Shown one piece after another: positions 25,800 to 41,600 of a stretch of DNA of 64,000 bases. A program made the position numbers and the translations under genes. The first letter of the stretch is position 1, and each line of letters begins with the position of its first letter. The stretch is from Eledone cirrhosa (Eukaryota), in NCBI GenBank assembly GCA_964016885.1, contig OZ024740.1, positions 415,586,001 to 415,650,000 of the forward strand. The letters are read 5' to 3'. The notes beneath the pieces are model-generated. The model saw nothing but the letters and a program-made list of their open reading frames with translations, was not told where the DNA came from and did not search any database.

Positions 25800-28700
25800 G
25801 ACATATGTTGTGTATGGGGGATGACAGTGAATCAGATATAGTGTGTAAGAGAGAACACTGTGGGTATGGACATATGTTGTGTATGGGGGAAGACAGTGAA
25901 TCAGATATAGTGTGTAAGAGAGAACACTGTGGGTATGGACATATGTTGTGTATGGGGGATGACAGTGAATCAGATATAGTGTGTAAGAGAGAACACTGTG
26001 GGTATGGACATATGTTGTGTATGGGGGAAGACAGTGAATCAGATATAGTGTGTAAGAGAGAACACTGTGGGTATGGACATATGTTGTGTATGGGGCATGA
26101 CAGTGAATCAGATATAGTGTGTAAGAGAGAACACTGTGGGTATGGACATATGTTGTGTATGGGGGATGACAGTGAATCAGATATAGAGTGTAAGAGAGAA
26201 CACTGTGGGTATGGACATATGTTGTGTATGGGGGATGACAGTGAATCAGATATAGTGTGTAAGAGAGAACACTGTGGGTATGGACATATGTTGTGTATGG
26301 GGGATGACAGTGAATCAGATATAGTGTGTAAGAGAGAACACTGTCGGTATGGACATATGTTGTGTATGGGGGAAGACAGTGAATCAGATATAGTGTGTAA
26401 GAGAGAACACTGTGGGTATGGACATATGTTGTGTATGGGGGAAGACAGTGAATCAGATATAGTGTGTAAGAGAGAACACTGTGGGTATGGACATATGTTG
26501 TGTATGGGGGATGACAGTGAATCAGATATAGAGTGTAAGAGAGAACACTGTGGGTATGGACATATGTTGTGTATGGGGGATGACAGTGAATCAGATATAG
26601 TGTGTAAGAGAGAACACTGTGGGTATGGACATATGTTGTGTATGGGGGATGACAGTGAATCAGATATAGTGTGTAAGAGAGAATACTGTGGGTATGGACA
26701 TATGTTGTGTATGGGGGATGACAGTAAATCAGATATAGAGTGTAAGAGAGAACACTGTGGGTATGGACATATGTTGTGTATGGGGATGACAGTGAATAAG
26801 ATATAGTGTGTAAGAGAGAACACTGTGGGGATGGACATATGTTGTGTATGGGGGATGACAGTGAATCAGATATAGTGTGTAAGAGAGAAAACTGTGGGTA
26901 TGGACATATGTTGTGTATGGGGGATGACAGTGAATCAGATATAGTGTGTAAGAGAGAACACTGTGGGTATGGACATATGTTGTGTATGGGGGAAGACAGT
27001 GAATCAGATATAGTGTGTAAGAGTGAACACTGTCGGTATGGACATATGTTGTGTATGGGGGAAGACAGTGAATCATATATAGAGTGTAAGAGAGAACACT
27101 GTGGGTATGGACATATGTTGTGTATAGGGGATGACAGTGAATCAGATATAGAGTGTAAGAGAGAACACTGTGGGTATGGACATATGTTGTGTATGGGGGA
27201 TGACAATGAATCAGATATTGTGTGTAAGAGAGAACACTGTGGGTATGGACATATGTTGTGTATGGGCATGACAGTGAATCAGATATAGTATGTAAGAGAG
27301 AACACTGTGGCTATGGACATATGTTGTGTATGGGGGATGACAGTAAATCAGATATAGAGTGTAAGAGAGAACACTGTGGGTATGGTCATATGTTGTGTAT
27401 GGGGGATGACAGTCAATCAGATATTGTGTGTAAGAGAGAACACTGTGGGTATGGACATATGTTGTGTATGGGGGATGACAGTGAATCAGATATAGTATGT
27501 ACGAGAGAACACTGTGGGTATGGACATATGTTGTGTATGGGGGATGACAGTAAATCAGATATAGAGTGTAAGAGAGAACACTGTGGGTATGTACATATGT
27601 TGTGTATGGGGGATGACAGTAATTCAGATATAGAGTGTAAGAGAGAACACTGTGGGTATGGACATATGTTGTGTATGGGGGATGACAGTGAATCAGATAT
27701 AGTGTGTAAGAGAGAACACTGTGGGTATGGACATATGTTGTGTATGGGGTATGACAGTGAATCAGATATAGTGTGTAAGAGAGAACACTGTGGGTATGGA
27801 CATATGTTGTGTATGGGGGATGACAGTGAATCAGATATAGTGTGTAAGAGAGAACACTGTGGGTATGGACATATGTTGTGTATGGGGGATGACAGTGAAT
27901 CAGATATAGTGTGTAAGAGAGAACACTGTGGGTATGGACATATGTTGTGCCTGGTGGATGACAGTGAATCAGATATAGTGTGTAAGAGAGAACACTGTGG
28001 GTATGGACATATGTTGTGCCTGGTGGATGACAGTGAATCAGATATAGTGTGTAAGAGAGAACACTGTGGGTATGGACATATGTTGTGTATGGGGGATGAC
28101 AATGAATCAGATATAGTGTGTAAGAGAGAACACTGTGGGTATGGACATATGTTGTGTATGGGGGATGACAGTGAATCAGATATAGTGTGTAAGAGAGAAC
28201 ACTGTGGGTATGGACATATGTTGTGTATGGGGGATGACAATGAATCAGATATAGTGTGTAAGAGAGAACACTGTGGGTATGGACATATGTTGTGCCTGGT
28301 GGATGACAGTGAATAAGATATAGTGTGTAAGAGAGAACACTGTGGGTATGGACATATGTTGTGTATGGGGGATGACAGTGAATCAGATATAGAGTGTAAG
28401 AGAGAACACTGTGGGTATGGACATATGTTGTGTATGGGGGATGAGAGTAAATCAGATATAGAGTGTAAGAGAGAACACTGTGGGTATGTACATATGTTGT
28501 GTATGGGGGATGACAGTAATTCAGATATAGAGTGTAAGAGAGAACACTGTGGGTATGGACATATGTTGTGTATGGGGGATGACAGTGAATCAGATATAGT
28601 GTGTAAGAGAGAACACTGTGGGTATGGACATATGTTGTGCCTGGTGGATGACAGTGAATCAGATATAGTGTGTAAGAGAGAACACTGTGGGTATGGACAT

Positions 28701-31700
28701 ATGTTGTGTATGGGGGATGAGAGTAAATCAGATATAGAGTGTAAGAGAGAACACTGTGGGTATGTACATATGTTGTGTATGGGGGATGACAGTAATTCAG
28801 ATATAGAGTGTAAGAGAGAACACTGTGGGTATGGACATATGTTGTGTATGGGGGATGACAGTGAATCAGATATAGTGTGTAAGAGAGAATACTGTGGGTA
28901 TGGACATATGTTGTGTATGGGGGATGACAGTAAATCAGATATAGAGTGTAAGAGAGAACACTGTGGGTATGGACATATGTTGTGTATGGGGATGACAGTG
29001 AATAAGATATAGTGTGTAAGAGAGAACACTGTGGGGATGGACATATGTTGTGTATGGGGGATGACAGTGAATCAGATATAGTGTGTAAGAGAGAACACTG
29101 TGGGTATGGACATATGTTGTGTATGGGGGATGACAATGAATCAGATATAGTGTGTAAGAGAGAACACTGTGGGTATGGACATATGTCGTGTATGGGGGAT
29201 GACAGTGAATTAGATATAGTTTGTAAGAGAGAACACTGTGGGTATGGACATATGTTGTGTGTGGGGGATGACAATGAATCAGATATAGTGTGTAAGAGAG
29301 AACACTGTGGGTATGGACATATGTTGTGTATGGGGGATGACAGTAAATCAGATATAGAGTGTAAGAGAGAACACTGTGGGTATGTACATATGTTGTGTAT
29401 GGGGGATGACAGTAATTCAGATATAGAGTGTAAGAGAGAACACTGTGTGTATGGACATATGTTGTGTATGGGGGATGACAGTAAATCAGATATAGAGTGT
29501 AAGAGAGAACACTGGGTATGGATATATGTTGTGTATGGGGGATGACAGTGAATCAGATATAGTGTGTAAGAGAGAACACTGTGGGTATGGACATATGTTG
29601 TGTATGGGGGAAGACAGTGAATCAGATATAGTGTGTAAGAGAGAACACTGTGGGTATGGACATATGTTGTGTATGGGGGAAGACAGTGAATCAGATATAG
29701 TGTGTAAGAGAGAACACTGTGGGTATGGACATATGTTGTGTATGGGGGATGACAGTGAATCAGATATAGTGTGTAAGAGAGAACACTGTGGGTATGGACA
29801 TATGTTGTGTATGGGGGAAGACAGTGAATCAGATATAGTGTGTAAGAGAGAACACTGTGGGTATGGACATATGTTGTGTATGGGGCATGACAGTGAATCA
29901 GATATAGTGTGTAAGAGAGAACACTGTGGGTATGGACATATGTTGTGTATGGGGGATGACAGTGAATCAGATATAGAGTGTAAGAGAGAACACTGTGGGT
30001 ATGGACATATGTTGTGTATGGGGGATGACAGTGAATCAGATATAGTGTGTAAGAGAGAACACTGTGGGTATGGACATATGTTGTGTATGGGGGATGACAG
30101 TGAATCAGATATAGTGTGTAAGAGAGAACACTGTCGGTATGGACATATGTTGTGTATGGGGGAAGACAGTGAATCAGATATAGTGTGTAAGAGAGAACAC
30201 TGTGGGTATGGACATATGTTGTGTATGGGGGAAGACAGTGAATCAGATATAGTGTGTAAGAGAGAACACTGTGGGTATGGACATATGTTGTGTATGGGGG
30301 ATGACAGTGAATCAGATATAGAGTGTAAGAGAGAACACTGTGGGTATGGACATATGTTGTGTATGGGGGATGACAGTGAATCAGATATAGTGTGTAAGAG
30401 AGAACACTGTGGGTATGGACATATGTTGTGTATGGGGGATGACAGTGAATCAGATATAGTGTGTAAGAGAGAATACTGTGGGTATGGACATATGTTGTGT
30501 ATGGGGGATGACAGTAAATCAGATATAGAGTGTAAGAGAGAACACTGTGGGTATGGACATATGTTGTGTATGGGGATGACAGTGAATAAGATATAGTGTG
30601 TAAGAGAGAACACTGTGGGGATGGACATATGTTGTGTATGGGGGATGACAGTGAATCAGATATAGTGTGTAAGAGAGAACACTGTGGGTATGGACATATG
30701 TTGTGTATGGGGGATGACAGTGAATCAGATATAGTATGTAAGAGAGAACACTGTGGGTTTGGACATATGTTGTGTATGGGGGATGACAGTGAATCAGATA
30801 TAGTGTGTAAGAGAGAAAACTGTGGGTATGGACATATGTTGTGTATGGGGGATGACAGTGAATCAGATATAGTGTGTAAGAGAGAACACTGTGGGTATGG
30901 ACATATGTTGTGTATGGGGGAAGACAGTGAATCAGATATAGTGTGTAAGAGTGAACACTGTCGGTATGGACATATGTTGTGTATGGGGGAAGACAGTGAA
31001 TCATATATAGAGTGTAAGAGAGAACACTGTGGGTATGGACATATGTTGTGTATAGGGGATGACAGTGAATCAGATATAGAGTGTAAGAGAGAACACTGTG
31101 GGTATGGACATATGTTGTGTATGGGGGATGACAATGAATCAGATATTGTGTGTAAGAGAGAACACTGTGGGTATGGACATATGTTGTGTATGGGCATGAC
31201 AGTGAATCAGATATAGTATGTAAGAGAGAACACTGTGGCTATGGACATATGTTGTGTATGGGGGATGACAGTAAATCAGATATAGAGTGTAAGAGAGAAC
31301 ACTGTGGGTATGGTCATATGTTGTGTATGGGGGATGACAGTCAATCAGATATTGTGTGTAAGAGAGAACACTGTGGGTATGGACATATGTTGTGTATGGG
31401 GGATGACAGTGAATCAGATATAGTATGTACGAGAGAACACTGTGGGTATGGACATATGTTGTGTATGGGGGATGACAGTAAATCAGATATAGAGTGTAAG
31501 AGAGAACACTGTGGGTATGTACATATGTTGTGTATGGGGGATGACAGTAATTCAGATATAGAGTGTAAGAGAGAACACTGTGGGTATGGACATATGTTGT
31601 GTATGGGGGATGACAGTGAATCAGATATAGTGTGTAAGAGAGAACACTGTGGGTATGGACATATGTTGTGTATGGGGTATGACAGTGAATCAGATATAGT

Positions 31701-33550
31701 GTGTAAGAGAGAACACTGTGGGTATGGACATATGTTGTGTATGGGGGATGACAGTGAATCAGATATAGTGTGTAAGAGAGAACACTGTGGGTATGGACAT
31801 ATGTTGTGTATGGGGGATGACAGTGAATCAGATATAGTGTGTAAGAGAGAACACTGTGGGTATGGACATATGTTGTGCCTGGTGGATGACAGTGAATCAG
31901 ATATAGTGTGTAAGAGAGAACACTGTGGGTATGGACATATGTTGTGCCTGGTGGATGACAGTGAATCAGATATAGTGTGTAAGAGAGAACACTGTGGGTA
32001 TGGACATATGTTGTGTATGGGGGATGACAATGAATCAGATATAGTGTGTAAGAGAGAACACTGTGGGTATGGACATATGTTGTGTATGGGGGATGACAGT
32101 GAATCAGATATAGTGTGTAAGAGAGAACACTGTGGGTATGGACATATGTTGTGTATGGGGGATGACAATGAATCAGATATAGTGTGTAAGAGAGAACACT
32201 GTGGGTATGGACATATGTTGTGCCTGGTGGATGACAGTGAATAAGATATAGTGTGTAAGAGAGAACACTGTGGGTATGGACATATGTTGTGTATGGGGGA
32301 TGACAGTGAATCAGATATAGAGTGTAAGAGAGAACACTGTGGGTATGGACATATGTTGTGTATGGGGGATGAGAGTAAATCAGATATAGAGTGTAAGAGA
32401 GAACACTGTGGGTATGTACATATGTTGTGTATGGGGGATGACAGTAATTCAGATATAGAGTGTAAGAGAGAACACTGTGGGTATGGACATATGTTGTGTA
32501 TGGGGGATGACAGTGAATCAGATATAGTGTGTAAGAGAGAACACTGTGGGTATGGACATATGTTGTGCCTGGTGGATGACAGTGAATCAGATATAGTGTG
32601 TAAGAGAGAACACTGTGGGTATGGACATATGTTGTGTATGGGGGATGAGAGTAAATCAGATATAGAGTGTAAGAGAGAACACTGTGGGTATGTACATATG
32701 TTGTGTATGGGGGATGACAGTAATTCAGATATAGAGTGTAAGAGAGAACACTGTGGGTATGGACATATGTTGTGTATGGGGGATGACAGTGAATCAGATA
32801 TAGTGTGTAAGAGAGAATACTGTGGGTATGGACATATGTTGTGTATGGGGGATGACAGTAAATCAGATATAGAGTGTAAGAGAGAACACTGTGGGTATGG
32901 ACATATGTTGTGTATGGGGATGACAGTGAATAAGATATAGTGTGTAAGAGAGAACACTGTGGGGATGGACATATGTTGTGTATGGGGGATGACAGTGAAT
33001 CAGATATAGTGTGTAAGAGAGAACACTGTGGGTATGGACATATGTTGTGTATGGGGGATGACAATGAATCAGATATAGTGTGTAAGAGAGAACACTGTGG
33101 GTATGGACATATGTCGTGTATGGGGGATGACAGTGAATTAGATATAGTTTGTAAGAGAGAACACTGTGGGTATGGACATATGTTGTGTGTGGGGGATGAC
33201 AATGAATCAGATATAGTGTGTAAGAGAGAACACTGTGGGTATGGACATATGTTGTGTATGGGGGATGACAGTAAATCAGATATAGAGTGTAAGAGAGAAC
33301 ACTGTGGGTATGTACATATGTTGTGTATGGGGGATGACAGTAATTCAGATATAGAGTGTAAGAGAGAACACTGTGTGTATGGACATATGTTGTGTATGGG
33401 GGATGACAGTAAATCAGATATAGAGTGTAAGAGAGAACACTGGGTATGGATATATGTTGTGTATGGGGGATGACAGTGAATCAGATATAGTGTGTAAGCG
33501 AGAACACTGTGGGTATGGACATATGTTGTGTATGGGGGAAGACAGTGAAT
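25800..33550. repeat. Tandem duplication, offsets 3790/3928 bp (55/57 monomers)
   Basis: Identical pseudo-ORFs 27258/31186, 28323/32251 and 29012/32940 (3928). Pair 26806/30596 is offset 3790. Confidence 0.88.
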
Positions 33551-36500
33551 CAGATATAGTGTGTAAGAGAGAACACTGTGGGTATGGACATATGTTGTGT
33601 ATGGGGGATGACAGTGAATCAGATATAGTGTGTAAGAGAGAACACTGTGGGTATGGACATATGTTGTGTATGGGGGATGACAGTGAATCAGATATAGTGT
33701 GTAAGAGAGAACACTCTGGGTATGGACATATGTTGTGTATGGGGGAAGACAGTGAATCAGATATAGTGTGTAAGAGAGAACACTGTGGGTATGGACATAT
33801 GTTGTGTATGGGGGATGACAGTGAATCAGATATAGAGTGTAAGAGAGAACACTGTGGGTATGGACATATGTTGTGTATGGGGGATGACAGTGAATCAGAT
33901 ATAGTGTGTAAGAGAGAACACTGTGGGTATGGACATATGTTGTGTATGGGGGATGACAGTGAATCAGATATAGTGTGTAAGAGAGAACACTCTGGGTATG
34001 GACATATGTTGTGTATGGGGGATGACAGTGAATCAGATATAGTGTGTAAGAGAGAATACTGTGGGTATGGACATATGTTGTGTATGGGGGATGACAGTAA
34101 ATCAGATATAGAGTGTAAGAGAGAACACTGTGGGTATGGACATATGTTGTGTATGGGGATGACAGTGAATAAGATATAGTGTGTAAGAGAGAACACTGTG
34201 GGGATGGACATATGTTGTGTATGGGGGATGACAGTGAATCAGATATAGTGTGTAAGAGAGAACACTGTGGGTATGGACATATGTTGTGTATGGGGGATGA
34301 CAGTGAATCAGATATAGTGTGTAAGAGAGAAAACTGTGGGTATGGACATATGTTGTGTATGGGGGATGACAGTGAATCAGATATAGTGTGTAAGAGAGAA
34401 CACTGTGGGTATGGACATATGTTGTGTATGGGGGAAGACAGTGAATCAGATATAGTGTGTAAGAGTGAACACTGTCGGTATGGACATATGTTGTGTATGG
34501 GGGAAGACAGTGAATCATATATAGAGTGTAAGAGAGAACACTGTGGGTATGGACATATGTTGTGTATGGGGGATGACAGTGAATCAGATATAGAGTGTAA
34601 GAGAGAACACTGTGGGTATGGACATATGTTGTGTATGGGGGATGACAGTGAATCAGATATTGTGTGTAAGAGAGAACACTGTGGGTATGGACATATGTTG
34701 TGTATGGGCATGACAGTGAATCAGATATAGTATGTAAGAGAGAACACTGTGGCTATGGAGATATGTTGTGTATGGGGGATGACAGTAAATCAGATATAGA
34801 GTGTAAGAGAGAACACTGTGGGTATGGACATATGTTGTGTATGGGGGATGACAGTCAATCAGATATTGTGTGTAAGAGAGAACACTGTGGGTATGGACAT
34901 ATGTTGTGTATGGGGGATGACAGTGAATCAGATATAGTATGTACGAGAGAACACTGTGGGTATGGACATATGTTGTGTATGGGGGATGACAGTAAATCAG
35001 ATATAGAGTGTAAGAGAGAACACTGTGGGTATGTACATATGTTGTGTATGGGGGATGACAGTAATTCAGATATAGAGTGTAAGAGAGAACACTGTGGGTA
35101 TGGACATATGTTGTGTATGGGGGATGACAGTGAATAAGATATAGTGTGTAAGAGAGAACACTGTGGGTATGGACATATGTTGTGTATGGGGTATGACAGT
35201 GAATCAGATATAGTGTGTAAGAGAGAACACTGTGGGTATGGACATATGTTGTGTATGGGGGATGAGAGTAAATCAGATATAGAGTGTAAGAGAGAACACT
35301 GTGGGTATGTACATATGTTGTGTATGGGGGATGACAGTAATTCAGATATAGAGTGTAAGAGAGAACACTGTGGGTATGGACATATGTTGTGTATGGGGGA
35401 TGACAGTGAATCAGATATAGTGTGTAAGAGAGAACACTGTGGGTATGGACATATGTTGTGCCTGGTGGATGACAGTGAATCAGATATAGTGTGTAAGAGA
35501 GAACACTGTGGGTATGGACATATGTTGTGTATGGGGGATGAGAGTAAATCAGATATAGAGTGTAAGAGAGAACACTGTGGGTATGTACATATGTTGTGTA
35601 TGGGGGATGACAGTAATTCAGATATAGAGTGTAAGAGAGAACACTGTGGGTATGGACATATGTTGTGTATGGGGGATGACAGTGAATCAGATATAGTGTG
35701 TAAGAGAGAACACTGTGGGTATGGACATATGTTGTGTATGGGGGATGACAGTGAATCAGATATAGTGTGTAAGAGAGAACACTGTGGGTATGGACATATG
35801 TTGTGTATGGGGGATGAGAGTAAATCAGATATAGAGTGTAAGAGAGAACACTGTGGGTATGGACATATGTTGTGTATGGGGGATGACAGTGAATCAGATA
35901 TAGTGTGTAAGAGAGAACACTGTGGGTATGTACATATGTTGTGTATGGGGGATGACAGTAATTCAGATATAGAGTGTAAGAGAGAACACTGTGGGTATGG
36001 ACATATGTTGTGTATGGGGGATGACAGTGAATCAGATATAGTGTGTAAGAGAGAATACTGTGGGTATGGACATATATTGTGGATGGGGGATGACAGTAAA
36101 TCAGATATAGAGTGTAAGAGAGAACACTGTGGATATGGACATATGTTGTGTATGGGGATGACAGTGAATAAGATACAGTGTGTAAGAGAGAACACTGTGG
36201 GGATGGACATATGTTGTGTATGGGGGATGACAGTGAATCAGATATAGTGTGTAAGAGAGAACACTGTGGGTATGGACATATGTTGTGTATGGGGGATGAC
36301 AATGAATCAGATATAGTGTGTAAGAGAGAACACTGTGGGTATGGACATATGTTGTGGATGGGGGATGACAGTAAATCAGATATAGAGTGTAAGAGAGAAC
36401 ACTGTGGGTATGGACATATGTTGTGTATGGGGGATGACAGTAAATCAGATATAGAGTGTAAGAGAGAACACTGTGGGTATGGACATATGTTGTGTATGGG

Positions 36501-39500
36501 GGATGACAGTGAATCAGATATAGTGTGTAAGAGAGAACACTGTGGGTATGGACATATGTTGTGTATGGGGGAAGACAGTGAATCAGATATAGTGTGTAAG
36601 AGAGAACACTGTGGGTATGGACATATGTTGTGTATGGGGGATGACAGTGAATCAGATATAGTGTGTAAGAGAGAACACTGTGGGTATGGACATATGTTGT
36701 GTATGGGGGATGACAGTGAATCAGATATAGTATGTACGAGAGAACACTGTGGGTATGGACATATGTTGTGTATGGGGGATGACAGTAAATCAGATATAGA
36801 GTGTAAGAGAGAACACTGTGGGTATGTACATATGTTGTGTATGGGGGATGACAGTAATTCAGATATAGAGTGTAAGAGAGAACACTGTGGGTATGGACAT
36901 ATGTTGTGTATGGGGGATGACAGTGAATCAGATATAGTGTGTAAGAGAGAACACTGTGGGTATGGACATATGTTGTGTATGGGGTATGACAGTGAATCAG
37001 ATATAGTGTGTAAGAGAGAACACTGTGGGTATGGACATATGTTGTGTATGGGGGATGACAGTGAATCAGATATAGTGTGTAAGAGAGAACACTGTGGGTA
37101 TGGACATATGTTGTGTATGGGGGATGACAGTGAATCAGATATAGTGTGTAAGAGAGAACACTGTGGGTATGGACATATGTTGTGCCTGGTGGATGACAGT
37201 GAATCAGATATAGTGTGTAAGAGAGAACACTGTGGGTATGGACATATGTTGTGCCTGGTGGATGACAGTGAATCAGATATAGTGTGTAAGAGAGAACACT
37301 GTGGGTATGGACATATGTTGTGTATGGGGGATGACAATGAATCAGATATAGTGTGTAAGAGAGAACACTGTGGGTATGGACATATGTTGTGTATGGGGGA
37401 TGACAGTGAATCAGATATAGTGTGTAAGAGAGAACACTGTGGGTATGGACATATGTTGTGTATGGGGGATGACAATGAATCAGATATAGTGTGTAAGAGA
37501 GAACACTGTGGGTATGGACATATGTTGTGCCTGGTGGATGACAGTGAATAAGATATAGTGTGTAAGAGAGAACACTGTGGGTATGGACATATGTTGTGTA
37601 TGGGGGATGACAGTGAATCAGATATAGAGTGTAAGAGAGAACACTGTGGGTATGGACATATGTTGTGTATGGGGGATGAGAGTAAATCAGATATAGAGTG
37701 TAAGAGAGAACACTGTGGGTATGTACATATGTTGTGTATGGGGGATGACAGTAATTCAGATATAGAGTGTAAGAGAGAACACTGTGGGTATGGACATATG
37801 TTGTGTATGGGGGATGACAGTGAATCAGATATAGTGTGTAAGAGAGAACACTGTGGGTATGGACATATGTTGTGCCTGGTGGATGACAGTGAATCAGATA
37901 TAGTGTGTAAGAGAGAACACTGTGGGTATGGACATATGTTGTGTATGGGGGATGAGAGTAAATCAGATATAGAGTGTAAGAGAGAACACTGTGGGTATGT
38001 ACATATGTTGTGTATGGGGGATGACAGTAATTCAGATATAGAGTGTAAGAGAGAACACTGTGGGTATGGACATATGTTGTGTATGGGGGATGACAGTGAA
38101 TCAGATATAGTGTGTAAGAGAGAATACTGTGGGTATGGACATATGTTGTGTATGGGGGATGACAGTAAATCAGATATAGAGTGTAAGAGAGAACACTGTG
38201 GGTATGGACATATGTTGTGTATGGGGATGACAGTGAATAAGATATAGTGTGTAAGAGAGAACACTGTGGGGATGGACATATGTTGTGTATGGGGGATGAC
38301 AGTGAATCAGATATAGTGTGTAAGAGAGAACACTGTGGGTATGGACATATGTTGTGTATGGGGGATGACAATGAATCAGATATAGTGTGTAAGAGAGAAC
38401 ACTGTGGGTATGGACATATGTCGTGTATGGGGGATGACAGTGAATTAGATATAGTTTGTAAGAGAGAACACTGTGGGTATGGACATATGTTGTGTGTGGG
38501 GGATGACAATGAATCAGATATAGTGTGTAAGAGAGAACACTGTGGGTATGGACATATGTTGTGTATGGGGGATGACAGTAAATCAGATATAGAGTGTAAG
38601 AGAGAACACTGTGGGTATGTACATATGTTGTGTATGGGGGATGACAGTAATTCAGATATAGAGTGTAAGAGAGAACACTGTGGGTATGGACATATGTTGT
38701 GTATGGGGGATGACAGTAAATCAGATATAGAGTGTAAGAGAGAACACTGGGTATGGATATATGTTGTGTATGGGGGATGACAGTGAATCAGATATAGTGT
38801 GTAAGCGAGAACACTGTGGGTATGGACATATGTTGTGTATGGGGGAAGACAGTGAATCAGATATAGTGTGTAAGAGAGAACACTGTGGGTATGGACATAT
38901 GTTGTGTATGGGGGATGACAGTGAATCAGATATAGTGTGTAAGAGAGAACACTGTGGGTATGGACATATGTTGTGTATGGGGGATGACAGTGAATCAGAT
39001 ATAGTGTGTAAGAGAGAACACTCTGGGTATGGACATATGTTGTGTATGGGGGAAGACAGTGAATCAGATATAGTGTGTAAGAGAGAACACTGTGGGTATG
39101 GACATATGTTGTGTATGGGGGATGACAGTGAATCAGATATAGAGTGTAAGAGAGAACACTGTGGGTATGGACATATGTTGTGTATGGGGGATGACAGTGA
39201 ATCAGATATAGTGTGTAAGAGAGAACACTGTGGGTATGGACATATGTTGTGTATGGGGGATGACAGTGAATCAGATATAGTGTGTAAGAGAGAACACTCT
39301 GGGTATGGACATATGTTGTGTATGGGGGATGACAGTGAATCAGATATAGTGTGTAAGAGAGAATACTGTGGGTATGGACATATGTTGTGTATGGGGGATG
39401 ACAGTAAATCAGATATAGAGTGTAAGAGAGAACACTGTGGGTATGGACATATGTTGTGTATGGGGATGACAGTGAATAAGATATAGTGTGTAAGAGAGAA

Positions 39501-41600
39501 CACTGTGGGGATGGACATATGTTGTGTATGGGGGATGACAGTGAATCAGATATAGTGTGTAAGAGAGAACACTGTGGGTATGGACATATGTTGTGTATGG
39601 GGGATGACAGTGAATCAGATATAGTGTGTAAGAGAGAAAACTGTGGGTATGGACATATGTTGTGTATGGGGGATGACAGTGAATCAGATATAGTGTGTAA
39701 GAGAGAACACTGTGGGTATGGACATATGTTGTGTATGGGGGAAGACAGTGAATCAGATATAGTGTGTAAGAGTGAACACTGTCGGTATGGACATATGTTG
39801 TGTATGGGGGAAGACAGTGAATCATATATAGAGTGTAAGAGAGAACACTGTGGGTATGGACATATGTTGTGTATGGGGGATGACAGTGAATCAGATATAG
39901 AGTGTAAGAGAGAACACTGTGGGTATGGACATATGTTGTGTATGGGGGATGACAGTGAATCAGATATTGTGTGTAAGAGAGAACACTGTGGGTATGGACA
40001 TATGTTGTGTATGGGCATGACAGTGAATCAGATATAGTATGTAAGAGAGAACACTGTGGCTATGGAGATATGTTGTGTATGGGGGATGACAGTAAATCAG
40101 ATATAGAGTGTAAGAGAGAACACTGTGGGTATGGACATATGTTGTGTATGGGGGATGACAGTCAATCAGATATTGTGTGTAAGAGAGAACACTGTGGGTA
40201 TGGACATATGTTGTGTATGGGGGATGACAGTGAATCAGATATAGTATGTACGAGAGAACACTGTGGGTATGGACATATGTTGTGTATGGGGGATGACAGT
40301 AAATCAGATATAGAGTGTAAGAGAGAACACTGTGGGTATGTACATATGTTGTGTATGGGGGATGACAGTAATTCAGATATAGAGTGTAAGAGAGAACACT
40401 GTGGGTATGGACATATGTTGTGTATGGGGGATGACAGTGAATAAGATATAGTGTGTAAGAGAGAACACTGTGGGTATGGACATATGTTGTGTATGGGGTA
40501 TGACAGTGAATCAGATATAGTGTGTAAGAGAGAACACTGTGGGTATGGACATATGTTGTGTATGGGGGATGAGAGTAAATCAGATATAGAGTGTAAGAGA
40601 GAACACTGTGGGTATGTACATATGTTGTGTATGGGGGATGACAGTAATTCAGATATAGAGTGTAAGAGAGAACACTGTGGGTATGGACATATGTTGTGTA
40701 TGGGGGATGACAGTGAATCAGATATAGTGTGTAAGAGAGAACACTGTGGGTATGGACATATGTTGTGCCTGGTGGATGACAGTGAATCAGATATAGTGTG
40801 TAAGAGAGAACACTGTGGGTATGGACATATGTTGTGTATGGGGGATGAGAGTAAATCAGATATAGAGTGTAAGAGAGAACACTGTGGGTATGTACATATG
40901 TTGTGTATGGGGGATGACAGTAATTCAGATATAGAGTGTAAGAGAGAACACTGTGGGTATGGACATATGTTGTGTATGGGGGATGACAGTGAATCAGATA
41001 TAGTGTGTAAGAGAGAACACTGTGGGTATGGACATATGTTGTGTATGGGGGATGACAGTGAATCAGATATAGTGTGTAAGAGAGAACACTGTGGGTATGG
41101 ACATATGTTGTGTATGGGGGATGAGAGTAAATCAGATATAGAGTGTAAGAGAGAACACTGTGGGTATGGACATATGTTGTGTATGGGGGATGACAGTGAA
41201 TCAGATATAGTGTGTAAGAGAGAACACTGTGGGTATGTACATATGTTGTGTATGGGGGATGACAGTAATTCAGATATAGAGTGTAAGAGAGAACACTGTT
41301 GGTATGGACATATGTTGTGTATGGGGGATGACAGTGAATCAGATATAGTGTGTAAGAGAGAATACTGTGGGTATGGACATATGTTGTGGATGGGGGATGA
41401 CAGTAAATCAGATATAGAGTGTAAGAGAGAACACTGTGGGTATGGACATATGTTGTGTATGGGGATGACAGTGAATAAGATACAGTGTGTAAGAGAGAAC
41501 ACTGTGGGGATGGACATATGTTGTGTATGGGGGATGACAGTGAATCAGATATAGTGTGTAAGAGAGAACACTGTGGGTATGGACATATGTTGTGTATGGG
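31400..41600. repeat. Tandem duplication, offset 5307 bp (77 monomers)
   Basis: Pairs 32251/37558, 32940/38247, 33454/38761, 34179/39486, 34700/40007, 35144/40451 and 36178/41485 are all offset 5307. Confidence 0.9.

Noticed and set aside
27949-27957. E. coli Chi site (GCTGGTGG) in the GCCTGGTGG variant
   Set aside because: Only a 7/8 match (CCTGGTGG), and there is no bacterial context.
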